64,000 bases of DNA from a virus (Duplodnaviria; Caudoviricetes), in IMG/VR virus record IMGVR_UViG_2693430034_000001, positions 1 through 64,000 of that record. One strand, given 5' to 3'. Shown one piece after another: positions 18,579 through 28,339 of the stretch. The notes under the pieces are model-generated. The model made no database searches and was not told where the DNA came from. It worked only from the letters and a program-made list of their open reading frames with translations. The stretch's first letter is position 1; each line of letters opens with the position of its first letter. Both the position numbers and the translations under genes were made by a program.

Positions 18579-19743
18579 GGTGGACTCCGATCTGATGGTC
18601 GTGCAGACGTCGCTTGATGACGTCGCCGTACAGTTTGTAGGTAAGGAAGCCGACCGCGATCACGCCGACCCACCAGTACGGGGCGAGCGCAGCCGTCAGG
18701 CTGTGAACGCTGTCCATGATCCCCTTGAACTGCTGGACCTTGTCGACCACGCCCTGTACCTGGTCGAGCACGCCGGTCTGCTGAGCGCCGCCGATGGCGC
18801 CGGCACCGACCATGATCTTTGAGATCAGTGACCCCTTGTCAGCCGACGCGATGGTCTGCGATCCGGCCGATCGGAGGTCGTCGACTGTTGCCGTAGCGCG
18901 CTCGTCGGCCACCTGACGGGGCTCGTTGGAACGCTCCAGGAGCGCCGTGGTCTCGTCATTCGGATGGCCGGTGATCTTGACGCCTTCGCGCCGCTGGAAC
19001 GCAGACGTTGCGCCCGTGGTCAGATCGCCCCAGTCACCATCGATCTTGCCGACGTTAAAGCCGAGTCCCTTCAGCTTGGTCTGATAGACCAGCGTGACGG
19101 TCTTGCCCGGCTTGGGTTCGTAATCGCCATTGGCGATCTGCTCCAGGCGGCGGACCCAGCGCGCATCGGCCGCAGCCATGCGGGTGTCGTACTGGTTCTG
19201 GGCGTAGCCAGATCCGTTGTAGCCCCGCGCGAAGGACGTGAAGTTCTTCGCCTTGAGGTATTTGTCGAGGTGGTCCGTCTTGATCTCGCGGACCAGCGCG
19301 TCGATCTGCTCCCCGATGCCACGCGACAGCTCGCCAACCATGTGGGTGGCGTCTTCGTACTTCAGGCGCTCGGCGTTGAATCCCATCGTTTGGCCAAGGC
19401 CCCAGGACGCCGCTCTGTTGGCGACTTCCTCGTCGACGGCTCGTGCCTTCGCGATAACGGCGAGGCGGCCGGCTGAGGTGCCCTGGTCCTTGTACTGAGT
19501 GTTCCGGCTCCACTTCGGGATCGCGAGGCCGGCTCGGATTGCCTGCGTCAGCTTGTTCGGCTGGTGCTGCTTCAGTTCCGAATAAAACTTGTGCCGCTCG
19601 AAGAGCAGCGATGGCGTATGTCCGTCCTGTTCGAACGGCTTGCCCGAGGTTTCGCACTCCACGACAGCCAACAGCGCAGAAGCAGGCCAGCCTTCGGCCT
19701 GCGCCGCCCGCACGATGGCGTCGATGATCTCTTTACTGAACAT
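18571..19743 (-). CDS. Endolysin: DUF3380 N-acetylmuramidase, PG-binding domain, C-terminal TM segments
   Basis: LLFERHKF, SWGLGQTMGFN, FARGYNG..Y..NQYD; IDGDWG..T..A..AFQ. Confidence 0.9.
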   Translation of the reverse strand: MFSKEIIDAIVRAAQAEGWPASALLAVVECETSGKPFEQDGHTPSLLFERHKFYSELKQHQPNKLTQAIRAGLAIPKWSRNTQYKDQGTSAGRLAVIAKARAVDEEVANRAASWGLGQTMGFNAERLKYEDATHMVGELSRGIGEQIDALVREIKTDHLDKYLKAKNFTSFARGYNGSGYAQNQYDTRMAAADARWVRRLEQIANGDYEPKPGKTVTLVYQTKLKGLGFNVGKIDGDWGDLTTGATSAFQRREGVKITGHPNDETTALLERSNEPRQVADERATATVDDLRSAGSQTIASADKGSLISKIMVGAGAIGGAQQTGVLDQVQGVVDKVQQFKGIMDSVHSLTAALAPYWWVGVIAVGFLTYKLYGDVIKRRLHDHQIGVHLG

Positions 19744-19756
19744 GGATACTCTCTGG

Positions 19757-20926
19757 TTAGGGTAGTCGCCCCGCCTCTGTGATGGCGTCGATGTCGCTCT
19801 TCGACAGGTCGCCTGGGTTGATCTCGGGATGCGTTCGGAGGTATTCGCCGAGCAACTCGCCCGGACCTGGCCGCATGAACTCCTTGCTCGCTTCCGCATA
19901 GTCAGCGCCATCGCCGGGCTGCTTGCATTCCATCTGCGATTTGATGCCGGTGCTCTTGATGTAGGTGTGCGTCACCTTGTCGATCACGTACGAACCATTG
20001 ATGCCGTCGCGCATGCCGGTGACGATCAGCGTCTGCTGATCTCTGATCCAGGGATCGCCCTTGGCGAGATCGAACACGCCCTGCACTTCGGCACGCTTGA
20101 AGTTTGCTGCCTGGGATGATGCTGCCTGCTGCGCTTCCTCTTTCGAGTTGAAGAGCTGGCCGATGTTGAAGTTGCCGGTGAACTTGTTGGCGAGGCCGCC
20201 CAGCCCGCCGCCGACAGCGGAGTCGACCCACTTGCGGACCATTTCGTCCTTGTCAAAGTAGGCAGCCTTGACGCCGCCGTAGCCCGGCTTGCTGGTGTAC
20301 CTGACCTGCCAGGTGCCGAAATGCTCCGGCTGCAGGACCAGGGTTGGCAGAGCCACGCCGCTGGCGCTTTCGCCACCGTCTCGCTTGACGAACATCAGAT
20401 GCCCGTCGACGACCTTTGCAACAGCGCCAGTCAGACGCTCCAGCTCGTGGATCATGTGCAGGTTGCTGACGACCTGGTTCTTAAATGGAATCTTGATGTC
20501 GCCAAGGGCTCCGGAGATGGAAACTCCTAGACCGGTCTTGCCGGCCATGCCGCCAAGGATGTCGCTGATCGACTTGTTCTCGAAATCCTTGATGGCCGGA
20601 GCCTTCTGGATGTCGTTTGACCCGGTCGATTTTCCGGTCAGCTTGATCGAGCGCGGCGGCCCCACGAATGTGACGTCGTCGATCTCGAACGATCCCATGT
20701 AGGCGAGACCGATTTCGGCATAGCCAAGCCAGATCTGGAGAGACTCTCCAGGGATCGGCCGAGCAACCCTCCAGTCGCGATCATCGACCGTGATGGTGCA
20801 TTGATCGTCGTTGCCGTTGCCAGCCTGGAGATCGACCTTGATCTGGGTGGTGCGGTCGTTGAACTGACCGGTGATGTCGATGCCGTCCTTGGACACTCGG
20901 TAGATCGGGGTGTAGCCGCTGGGCAC
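19757..20926 (-). CDS. Phage late control/baseplate hub protein D (P2 gpD-like)
   Basis: DDRD, WLGYAE..L.YMGSF.ID; position after gpX. Confidence 0.85.
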   Translation of the reverse strand: MPSGYTPIYRVSKDGIDITGQFNDRTTQIKVDLQAGNGNDDQCTITVDDRDWRVARPIPGESLQIWLGYAEIGLAYMGSFEIDDVTFVGPPRSIKLTGKSTGSNDIQKAPAIKDFENKSISDILGGMAGKTGLGVSISGALGDIKIPFKNQVVSNLHMIHELERLTGAVAKVVDGHLMFVKRDGGESASGVALPTLVLQPEHFGTWQVRYTSKPGYGGVKAAYFDKDEMVRKWVDSAVGGGLGGLANKFTGNFNIGQLFNSKEEAQQAASSQAANFKRAEVQGVFDLAKGDPWIRDQQTLIVTGMRDGINGSYVIDKVTHTYIKSTGIKSQMECKQPGDGADYAEASKEFMRPGPGELLGEYLRTHPEINPGDLSKSDIDAITEAGRLP

Positions 20927-20937
20927 GCACAGCCTCC

Positions 20938-20967
20938 AAAAGAAAAAGCCGCCCCGAAGGACGGCTT
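20938..20967 (-). terminator. Rho-independent terminator
   Basis: AAGCCGTCC-TTCG-GGGCGGCTT followed by TTTCTTTT. Confidence 0.8.
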
Positions 20968-21014
20968 GATACGCACTCGCGTATAGTTCGGTTTTATACG
21001 CTTTCGCGTATGGA

Positions 21015-21236
21015 TTACTTCCAGAGGAAGACTTGCTGGATGACCGGCGGCTGCGTCAGCTGGCGCGGCGGCTCCGGAAGTTCGATGGAAATGCCGAGCG
21101 GCAGCACAATGCCGTACAACTCGACACCAGGGTTCTGTTCGATGACCCACTCCACGATCTGGTTCGCCGTCGATCCGTATCGCGCGTAGCAGATCACATC
21201 GAGGCGGTCGTAGAGCTTCGTGATATATGTCGACAT
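21015..21236 (-). CDS. Tail protein X (P2 gpX, LysM-like)
   Basis: DRLDVICYARYG...NPG...LPLG..I.LP. Confidence 0.9.
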   Translation of the reverse strand: MSTYITKLYDRLDVICYARYGSTANQIVEWVIEQNPGVELYGIVLPLGISIELPEPPRQLTQPPVIQQVFLWK

Positions 21237-21742
21237 CAGGTGGCCACGAATGTGTTGAGGGTGTCGACAACCTGGTTGATGTCGTCGCCGTACCGCTGCA
21301 GTTCAAGGGTGAACTCGATCTTGTGAGCGATACCGATAACGCCGATCTTGGACTCGGCAGTTCGGACGCGCTTGATCACGTAGTTTCCGATCACCTCAGA
21401 GCCGTACCCCTTCGGGTCCAGCAGCGGGTAGAAGCGGACCATGATCATCGGCTTGCCGGCTCGACCGGCCCTTCGCAGGCGATCAAGCGTCGAGAGTCCG
21501 CCGAAGTGGTATGGATACATCTTGCCGTCGATGGAGATATTGTCCTCACCAGGACCGGTGAACTGCATTGCAGGATCGCGCGAAAGGCGATCGGCGTTGG
21601 TCCAGGTGTATTGCGCATCGCGCTGAATGGTTTCGAAGTTGGGGGTGTCGATGCCCTTCGATGGCACGTAGAAGAGGATCAGCCCGGTATCATCATTCGA
21701 GTTGGGATCCTGAGAGCCAAGACCAAGTAGAACGTCAGCCAT
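21236..21742 (-). CDS. P2 gpU-like tail protein
   Basis: QFTGPGEDNISIDG, IEFTLELQRY. Confidence 0.85.
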   Translation of the reverse strand: MADVLLGLGSQDPNSNDDTGLILFYVPSKGIDTPNFETIQRDAQYTWTNADRLSRDPAMQFTGPGEDNISIDGKMYPYHFGGLSTLDRLRRAGRAGKPMIMVRFYPLLDPKGYGSEVIGNYVIKRVRTAESKIGVIGIAHKIEFTLELQRYGDDINQVVDTLNTFVAT

Positions 21743-21799
21743 ATCTTCCTCTGGTGATTGAAGTGGAACCCCGGCCCCGTAGGGCCGGGATCATATCTG

Positions 21800-24700
21800 T
21801 TAGGTGTACTCGCTTGCCGTGTCGTGGGTTCGCCAGTTCATGGACTCGTCGATCCGGCGTTGCACCAGCGTCGCCAGCGCTTCCGGATCGTGACTGCTGC
21901 CGTTGATGTGGATGGCCACTGGCCCGCCGCCGCCACCTCCGCCATTGAGTCCGAGACTTGCGTCTCCGCGGATCGGAGAAGGCACATTCTGCACAGCGTC
22001 CGCGGGCGAAGGCACGGCGCTCGTAAGAGGAGCGTCGCCAGAACCGGCGATGCCTTGCTCCATGAGCTTGCGATAGTTAATCGCGCCTGCGCGGCCACGA
22101 CCGTACTTCGATCCAGGGCCAACCCAATCGGTGAACTCGTTGCCGTCAAGCTTTCCGGTGCGAGGATCTCGGAGTCTGAGCCCTGGAATGCCAGTCCTTG
22201 CCGATCCGTTCGGATCGGTGGGAAGCCCCTGATCGGTGTGTCCACCGATGACGTGACTGCCAGCGAGCGCCTTCTGCGTGAAAGCGTTGTACTTCGCGAA
22301 CTCCTTCGGGTTGTTCTGCATGTTGCGGATTGCCCCGTAGATCTCACCGCGACGGACGGGACCATAGAAGCTGTTCTGCCGCCCCCTGCCGTCCGTACTG
22401 CGAACACCCTCAGCCGAGAAGCCGAGCATCTGTCGCATCGACTTCCCCTGCATGTCTGCACGGTTCATCAGGCTCTCGATCGTTCCGCCCCTGCTGGCGC
22501 CCTCAGTCTGCTGCATGGCAGCGAGGTGCAAGGCCAGGTTTGGATCGTTCTTTAGCTCTTCGCCGAAGCGAGCGCGTCGAGCCTGAAGGAATGCGTCTCC
22601 GGACAAGCCGGCGCCAACGTTGTCAGCTGCAGATCCGCCACCACCCGTGAAGGATGGAACTTTCTGCGGATCTACGATGCTGCTGTTGCCGCTGCTGCCG
22701 CGAGAGAGCCAGGCCTTGTCCTTTGCCGCCATCGTGGCGTCGCTGAACGGGTTGCCTGTGACGCCGCGTTGGATGATGCCGCTGCTACCCAAGGCGCCAA
22801 GGCCAGGCAAGGCCTGACCCGGAGTTGCCTTCAGAAGAGCCGGCACACCGCCAATGAAGCCGCTTCCGCCGCCGCCACTGGCGCTACCGCCACCGAGGCT
22901 GAGGCCCCTTCCAGATCCTCCGGACATGGCGTATTGGAGACCGCCATTTCCGAGATTGCCGGACATGAAAGCCGCGCGCTCGACGTTGCCGCCGAACTTG
23001 CCGAGCTGGCTTGCCAGATCGTCAACCTTGCTGCGCCGACGACCGGAGAAGTCGGTCGAACCGGTATAACTCGTGGGAGTGAACAGCGGGTCAGCGCCCT
23101 TGGGCGTGGTATAGTTCTGCAGCCGCTTCGTTGTAGATTCGCGCTCGCGGAAGTCCTTCATGGACTCACCCTTGCGCCTGATATGAGCATCCGGGATACC
23201 AACGTCGTTGGCCGCAAAACCGACCATCGTCATGATACCGGCGATGCTCTTCACGAACGTGACAAGCGACTCGAGATATCCGGCAACAGTGCCAAGCGCC
23301 TTCAGGGCAGCAACCAGCTCAAGGATCTGAGCCGTGAATTTTCCAGCAGACTCTGCGTCTTTGACGCCGAACTTAGTGGCGATGCTGGAGATGATGCCAC
23401 CAACAATCTCGGCAGCCTTCTTGATCTCGGCAACAAATCCCTTCGTAAAGTCGAATATCTGCTTGGCATGGCTCTTGACCTCGGCGGGATCGCCGAAGGC
23501 GGCCTTGAGCATGTCTGACCAGCTGGCGAAGCCCATTCCGGCAACGATGCCGTCAGTGAAAGCCTCGACCGACTCCCTGATCTTTCCGGTGTCAAGTGTG
23601 CCGAAATAGTTCGTGAAGAAGTCCGTGATTTGGCCGAAAGCCTTCTCGAAGCCGGCACCGACCGACTCCCAAAGGAGCGTCATGGCCGACACAAATGACC
23701 TCCAGCGACCGGCCAACGACTTGAGCTTCTTGTCGTTGATCTCATCGAGCTTGCCCGCATTCTTCCGATCGCGGACCTTCGCCAACAGATCGGCCAGGTT
23801 CCCCTTGGCCTCGACGAAAGCAGCAAGTTCGTCTCGCCACTCGCGCATACCGAGCAGGTTCAGAACCTTGTTCTGCCTCTGCTCATCCATGCTGCCGACC
23901 TTGTCGAAGATCTTGAGCAGGGTGTCGGCCGGGTTGGCCGCCATCTGAGCGGACATTTGGTTCCGACCGCCGAGACCAAGCATGTTCGAAGCCGTAGACA
24001 GATCCTTGCCGCGTTGACCGCGAGCATTCTTGGAGCCGACCAGTTCGTTGACGATGAAGCCGAGGAACGTGCCGACCTTGGCGGACGGCAGGCCTATACC
24101 AACACCGGTACCGGTGAAGGCCGACAGATCTTCAGGCGTCATCTTCGAGGTCGCGAAGACACCCGAGGCACGGCGGTTGGCCGCGATGATTTCGTTAGGA
24201 TCGGCCGCGGACTCCATACCGGCAACCGCTACGGCATTCAGGATGCTCTTGAGCTTTGCAGGGTCCAGGTTATTCATGTCCTGGGTCAGCGTCGCAATTC
24301 GCGTCGCAAACCGGGTCGTCTCCTTCAGGTCGAGATCCAGTCCGGTTCCCGACTTCATGAGCGTGTCGGTAACTTCCCTGGCCTTGTCCTTCGGAACACC
24401 GGCCTTCAGCACTTCGGTGAAGGCGTCGATCATCTTGTCAGCCGTCATGCCATACTTGATGGATGAGGCGTTACCCCAGCTCTTCCGCATTTCGCGGACC
24501 TGGGCGTCGTTCATTTCGCCGAACATCTTCAGGTTCGTTTCGGCGGTGTCGGTCCTCATCCTAGTCCGGAATGCGGAGACTCCAGCATATCCAGAAGCAG
24601 CGGCGCCGGCAGCGGCGTACATCCCTGATCGACTGCCGATGCCGGACAGCTGGGACATGCTGCGCATTGCCGCCTGACGCATGCGCGAGATGTTGGTGAG

Positions 24701-25228
24701 GTGGTTGCGGTGTAACCGCTCCTGGTTACGAAGGTGAGCCGCTTCCAGATTACCGAGCTGCTCGGTCACCCGGCGCTGCGAATCCATTCGCTGCTCGCCG
24801 ACCCGGTTGTACAGGTACTTGAAGGCGACCGCGTTCTTGTAGTGCTGCTGCAGCTCTTCGGCCGCCAGCTGGGCGCGCTTCTTCGCGCCGCGGGCTGTCG
24901 ACTGGGTCCACTTTTCGTGTTCCTTGCCGGCCCGGATGAGTTCGTTGGTGAGCTTACCCCAGCTCAGTTGAGCCTGGTCACCAGCAACGCCGTTGGCTTT
25001 CGCCCAATCGAGGTGCTTCTTCGTCAGTCCGTTGACCGCCTTTTGACCGGCGTTCAGCTGCTTGACGTATTTCTCCATCGGGATGTCGGAGATGGAGTTG
25101 CCGGCCTTGCCGAGCCTCTGCATCTGCGTCTCGAGGCTCTTGATCTTGGCCAAGAGCTTGACGATGGTCGAGGACATCCGGTCTTCGCCGGTAAGCCTTG
25201 CCCTGATGTCGAGATTGTTGTCGGACAT
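21800..25228 (-). CDS. Tail tape measure protein with Gly-rich linker and globular C-terminal domain
   Basis: 1142 aa helical protein between chaperone and gpU. Confidence 0.9.
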   Translation of the reverse strand: MSDNNLDIRARLTGEDRMSSTIVKLLAKIKSLETQMQRLGKAGNSISDIPMEKYVKQLNAGQKAVNGLTKKHLDWAKANGVAGDQAQLSWGKLTNELIRAGKEHEKWTQSTARGAKKRAQLAAEELQQHYKNAVAFKYLYNRVGEQRMDSQRRVTEQLGNLEAAHLRNQERLHRNHLTNISRMRQAAMRSMSQLSGIGSRSGMYAAAGAAASGYAGVSAFRTRMRTDTAETNLKMFGEMNDAQVREMRKSWGNASSIKYGMTADKMIDAFTEVLKAGVPKDKAREVTDTLMKSGTGLDLDLKETTRFATRIATLTQDMNNLDPAKLKSILNAVAVAGMESAADPNEIIAANRRASGVFATSKMTPEDLSAFTGTGVGIGLPSAKVGTFLGFIVNELVGSKNARGQRGKDLSTASNMLGLGGRNQMSAQMAANPADTLLKIFDKVGSMDEQRQNKVLNLLGMREWRDELAAFVEAKGNLADLLAKVRDRKNAGKLDEINDKKLKSLAGRWRSFVSAMTLLWESVGAGFEKAFGQITDFFTNYFGTLDTGKIRESVEAFTDGIVAGMGFASWSDMLKAAFGDPAEVKSHAKQIFDFTKGFVAEIKKAAEIVGGIISSIATKFGVKDAESAGKFTAQILELVAALKALGTVAGYLESLVTFVKSIAGIMTMVGFAANDVGIPDAHIRRKGESMKDFRERESTTKRLQNYTTPKGADPLFTPTSYTGSTDFSGRRRSKVDDLASQLGKFGGNVERAAFMSGNLGNGGLQYAMSGGSGRGLSLGGGSASGGGGSGFIGGVPALLKATPGQALPGLGALGSSGIIQRGVTGNPFSDATMAAKDKAWLSRGSSGNSSIVDPQKVPSFTGGGGSAADNVGAGLSGDAFLQARRARFGEELKNDPNLALHLAAMQQTEGASRGGTIESLMNRADMQGKSMRQMLGFSAEGVRSTDGRGRQNSFYGPVRRGEIYGAIRNMQNNPKEFAKYNAFTQKALAGSHVIGGHTDQGLPTDPNGSARTGIPGLRLRDPRTGKLDGNEFTDWVGPGSKYGRGRAGAINYRKLMEQGIAGSGDAPLTSAVPSPADAVQNVPSPIRGDASLGLNGGGGGGGPVAIHINGSSHDPEALATLVQRRIDESMNWRTHDTASEYT

Positions 25229-25267
25229 ACCCGCTCCTCGGAGTCACAGAAAGGGACGGCTCAGGGG

Positions 25268-25465
25268 TTACTTCCCCTGGGCCGCTTTGATCTTTGCGAT
25301 TTCTTCGGCATCTCGCCGGTTGAGTTCCTGGACGCCGTCTGCGATCAGGCAGAAGTCGTAGAAATCGAGGGCCTCCACGTCTTCGAGCGACCAGTGAAAT
25401 CGCTCGAAGATCGGGAATGCGTCGATTAGGATTCGTCCGACTCGCCCAGCATTTTTTGCAAAAAA
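25268..25465 (-). CDS. E'-like extension reached by -1 frameshift from the tail assembly chaperone
   Basis: Slippery T TTT TTG at 25465-25459; -1 frame encodes FHWSLEDVEALD motif. Confidence 0.85.
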   Translation of the reverse strand, partial: FFAKNAGRVGRILIDAFPIFERFHWSLEDVEALDFYDFCLIADGVQELNRRDAEEIAKIKAAQGK

Positions 25466-25704
25466 CTCTCGAACCACGACTTCATCGGCGCGAAGTCCTC
25501 GACGTCGATCTCGGAGATGACCTTCTCGTCGATCTCCATCAGGTCGGCGAGCACCTTCTCCATGGCGGCGACGCTGTCTTTGTCGACGTTCTTGATGAAG
25601 TTGCGCAGGTCGCGCACTTTGGGACGACGGGCCTTGAACTCGATGTAGTTGGCGCCGCGGTGTTCGAAGGGGAATTTCAGGTTGAAGATTTTTTCGGTCG
25701 ACAT
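25426..25704 (-). CDS. Tail assembly chaperone (P2 gpE-like)
   Basis: L..P......I..RRPKVRD...I.E.D.ED; follows tail tube. Confidence 0.88.
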   Translation of the reverse strand: MSTEKIFNLKFPFEHRGANYIEFKARRPKVRDLRNFIKNVDKDSVAAMEKVLADLMEIDEKVISEIDVEDFAPMKSWFESFLQKMLGESDES

Positions 25705-25734
25705 TGGTTTGCACACCTTGATATTTGCACACAG

Positions 25735-25766
25735 AAAAAAGGCCCCGCCGGTTAAGGCGAGGCCCA
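25735..25766 (-). terminator. Rho-independent terminator after tail tube
   Basis: GGCCTCGCC-loop-GGCGGGGCC followed by TTTTTT. Confidence 0.75.
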
Positions 25767-25787
25767 GTCGAATTGGTCGGTCTCGGC

Positions 25788-26312
25788 TTAGTAGGTGAAG
25801 CCGAGGATCCGACGCGCGTTGGCGGTCTTGTCGGTGCCGCCGATGATCGTGATCTTGTTGAACACGTCGATTTCAGTGACCGTCAGGCCGTTGATCTCGT
25901 GGCGGTAGTAGTTCGCCGCGAGGTGGACCGAGAGGCTGGCTTTCTTGCCGGGCTCGACCTTGGAGGGCTTGATCGACTTGATCAGCGAGTGCGTCTCGAT
26001 GATCACGCCCTTCTCAGCGCCGCCGGCCGTCAGCAGATAGCCGCGGAAGGTGATCGGCACGTCGAGCGAGCCAGGGCCGTAACCCAGGTTCGACCAGACC
26101 TGCTCATCCCAGGTATGGAGTTCGAAATCGAACTCGATCTTTTCGATGCCCATCGGAATTTCGACGGTGCCATCCATGCCGCCGCCGCGGAACTCTTCGG
26201 TCTGGATGTTGATTTCCGGGGGCTGGAAGTTCGGCGCTTCGCCGATCTTGCCCACGTCCTGGATCCAGACGGTGAAGTCCTGGAAAATGTTGGAGTCGCG
26301 AAGATTGCTCAT
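25788..26312 (-). CDS. Major tail tube protein (P2 FII-like)
   Basis: EEFRGGGMDG, EIDVFN...IGG.D. Confidence 0.93.
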   Translation of the reverse strand: MSNLRDSNIFQDFTVWIQDVGKIGEAPNFQPPEINIQTEEFRGGGMDGTVEIPMGIEKIEFDFELHTWDEQVWSNLGYGPGSLDVPITFRGYLLTAGGAEKGVIIETHSLIKSIKPSKVEPGKKASLSVHLAANYYRHEINGLTVTEIDVFNKITIIGGTDKTANARRILGFTY

Positions 26313-26410
26313 TTATGTCTCCGGCCAAGCAAAAGCCGACCCGGATGGTCCGGATCGGCCTGATGCTCAGCTCAATGGTTTGGTGTTCTGGTGAGGTGCA
26401 GTCGCTGCGA

Positions 26411-27838
26411 TTAAGCGATCGAGCGCGCGAACTCTTCGATGAAATCCGTGTAGTAGTTCGGATTGCGACGAGCGCGGAACTGCAGGTGCTCCAAGCACGC
26501 CGGGGGTTCGAGATCGAAGTCCACCGTCAGTTCACCGTTGGCAAAGGTCGCCGGGGTGTTGACGTTGGGATCGATCCAGCACTTGCCACCGATCAGCGCG
26601 CCGCGGGAGCGGAGCAGACGGAGGTAGGCGTTCACGTCACCCTGGATGCCGGCGAGCAGCTGGCGGCTGAAGGGCTTGTCGAGGCGCGGGCGCTCAGCGC
26701 GCTCCAGGCTCTCGTAGACCATGTCAGCGGTTCGGCGGACCGACAGCTGAGCCCAGAGCGGGTCTGTGCCGGTGCCACGCAGACCCCAGAACCGGAAACC
26801 GTCATCGTGGATGATGGTGGTCACCTGGTTGGAGTTCAGCATGTTGGCTTCGCAGTCGCGGTCGTTCGGCATGAAGTCGACCGGTCGGGCGGGGCCGCCG
26901 ATGTTCTGGATCAGCTCGTTCGAGAACGAGTACCAGAAGCCCTTCTCTTCGTCGACGCGCGCCTGGATGCCAGCCGCGTAGGCCGACGCCGGCTTCTGCA
27001 CGTACACCGAGTTCTCGATATCCCAGCTCAGAACACCAGGATCGACCACTGCGATGCGCTGCGAACCGTAGTCACTGCGGTACTGAACCGCGTCAGCGTA
27101 GTCGGTGCCCGGGCCGTCCAGGAACGCGACAGCGCGGAGGCGATCGACGATCGAGGCGAACGCGACGCCAACCGGGTTGGCGACGTGGCCGAGGGTGGCG
27201 GTGACGGTAGCGCCGGTACCGGCACCGGTAACGGTGATGGCCGGAGCGACGGTATAGCCGTAGCCGGGGTCGGTGATGATCGCACCCGTCAGCTTGCCAC
27301 CGACGACCTGCGGGACCGCCGTTGCGCGACGACCGCCCACAGTTGGGGGAGCGACGGTGATATGCGTGGTGGAGAGGACGTAGTCCTGACCATCGTCGCC
27401 GATGACCAGATTTGCGAGACCGTTGGTCGGTCGACCGCTGGTCATGCCGGGGGCCACCAGCAGTTTCGGAACCACCTTCAGCATCGGGCGAGCCTTGAGC
27501 AGCGACCAGACACCGGTCTTGCCGGTCGGCGAACCGACAGCGTTCGACCAGGTCTCTTCCTGGCTCAGGCCTTCGGAGACACGGACAACGACCACAACAG
27601 CCGCCTTCTGGCTGTAGATCGCATCGATGCCGTCGAGCAGCGTGCCGGTGGATTTCAGCTGACCCGCCTTGAGGGCGTCGGAGAAGACGGCCACAGGGGT
27701 GTTGAGCGGGAAGATATCCGGGTCAGCGTCCGGGGCGGTGCCGACAAGGCCGATCACATTCGACTTGACGGTTTCAACCGGGCCGGAGGGGCTATCGAGT
27801 TCGATCGTCTCGACGCCGTGGAGATATTGAACAGTCAC
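26411..27838 (-). CDS. Tail sheath protein (P2 FI-like)
   Basis: YLHGVE, IGLVGTAPDAD, GFRFWG, VRRTAD. Confidence 0.95.
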   Translation of the reverse strand: MTVQYLHGVETIELDSPSGPVETVKSNVIGLVGTAPDADPDIFPLNTPVAVFSDALKAGQLKSTGTLLDGIDAIYSQKAAVVVVVRVSEGLSQEETWSNAVGSPTGKTGVWSLLKARPMLKVVPKLLVAPGMTSGRPTNGLANLVIGDDGQDYVLSTTHITVAPPTVGGRRATAVPQVVGGKLTGAIITDPGYGYTVAPAITVTGAGTGATVTATLGHVANPVGVAFASIVDRLRAVAFLDGPGTDYADAVQYRSDYGSQRIAVVDPGVLSWDIENSVYVQKPASAYAAGIQARVDEEKGFWYSFSNELIQNIGGPARPVDFMPNDRDCEANMLNSNQVTTIIHDDGFRFWGLRGTGTDPLWAQLSVRRTADMVYESLERAERPRLDKPFSRQLLAGIQGDVNAYLRLLRSRGALIGGKCWIDPNVNTPATFANGELTVDFDLEPPACLEHLQFRARRNPNYYTDFIEEFARSIA

Positions 27839-27857
27839 TTAGGGTTCTCCCAAACGA

Positions 27858-27878
27858 AAAAGCCACCCGAAGGGGCGG
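27858..27878 (-). terminator. Probable terminator upstream of sheath gene
   Basis: GCCGCCCC/GGGTGGC hairpin with TTCG loop followed by TTTT. Confidence 0.6.
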
Positions 27879-27905
27879 CATGGAGGTTGGAGTTGTTGGC
27901 GATGG

Positions 27906-28331
27906 TTACGGTCTAAGGATCAGCGGGAAGTGCGACCACTTCTCCTGCCCTGGGACATTGGTGATGCCCTGATCGACCTGGATGGAGCCTTTCACAAGGC
28001 GGTAGATGCCATCGCCAGCAACGAGGACGATGTCGTAGTCGTACTGACCTGCGGGGATTTGGGCAGCGTCTGCCTGTCTCACCCTGAGCCCGTATTTTCC
28101 AGCTTCGTGATCGAGGACCATGAGGCGCTGGTTGTCGTTTGAATTGGTCATCACAAGGTCGCCGGAAGACTGCTTCTGCAACTGCATAAAGAACTTCCAG
28201 CCGGCCTCAATGAGGATGGGCGCCTCGTTTTCGGTCTGCAACTGCCACTCGCGCGTCCAATCCTCATTGGTAGCGACGATGAAGTCGTCTCTAAGAACGA
28301 GCGGAGGCCTCCAGCTGATGATGCTTTCCAT
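27906..28331 (-). CDS. Virion-associated beta-sandwich protein (BppU-N-like)
   Basis: G.YDYDI.......L.KG.I.V..GIT. Confidence 0.55.
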   Translation of the reverse strand: MESIISWRPPLVLRDDFIVATNEDWTREWQLQTENEAPILIEAGWKFFMQLQKQSSGDLVMTNSNDNQRLMVLDHEAGKYGLRVRQADAAQIPAGQYDYDIVLVAGDGIYRLVKGSIQVDQGITNVPGQEKWSHFPLILRP

Positions 28332-28339
28332 GTGCTACC

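Noticed and set aside
26315-27916. 533-aa minus-strand ORF overlapping the sheath gene
   Set aside because: Alternative frame with no motifs; 26411-27838 is a clear tail sheath
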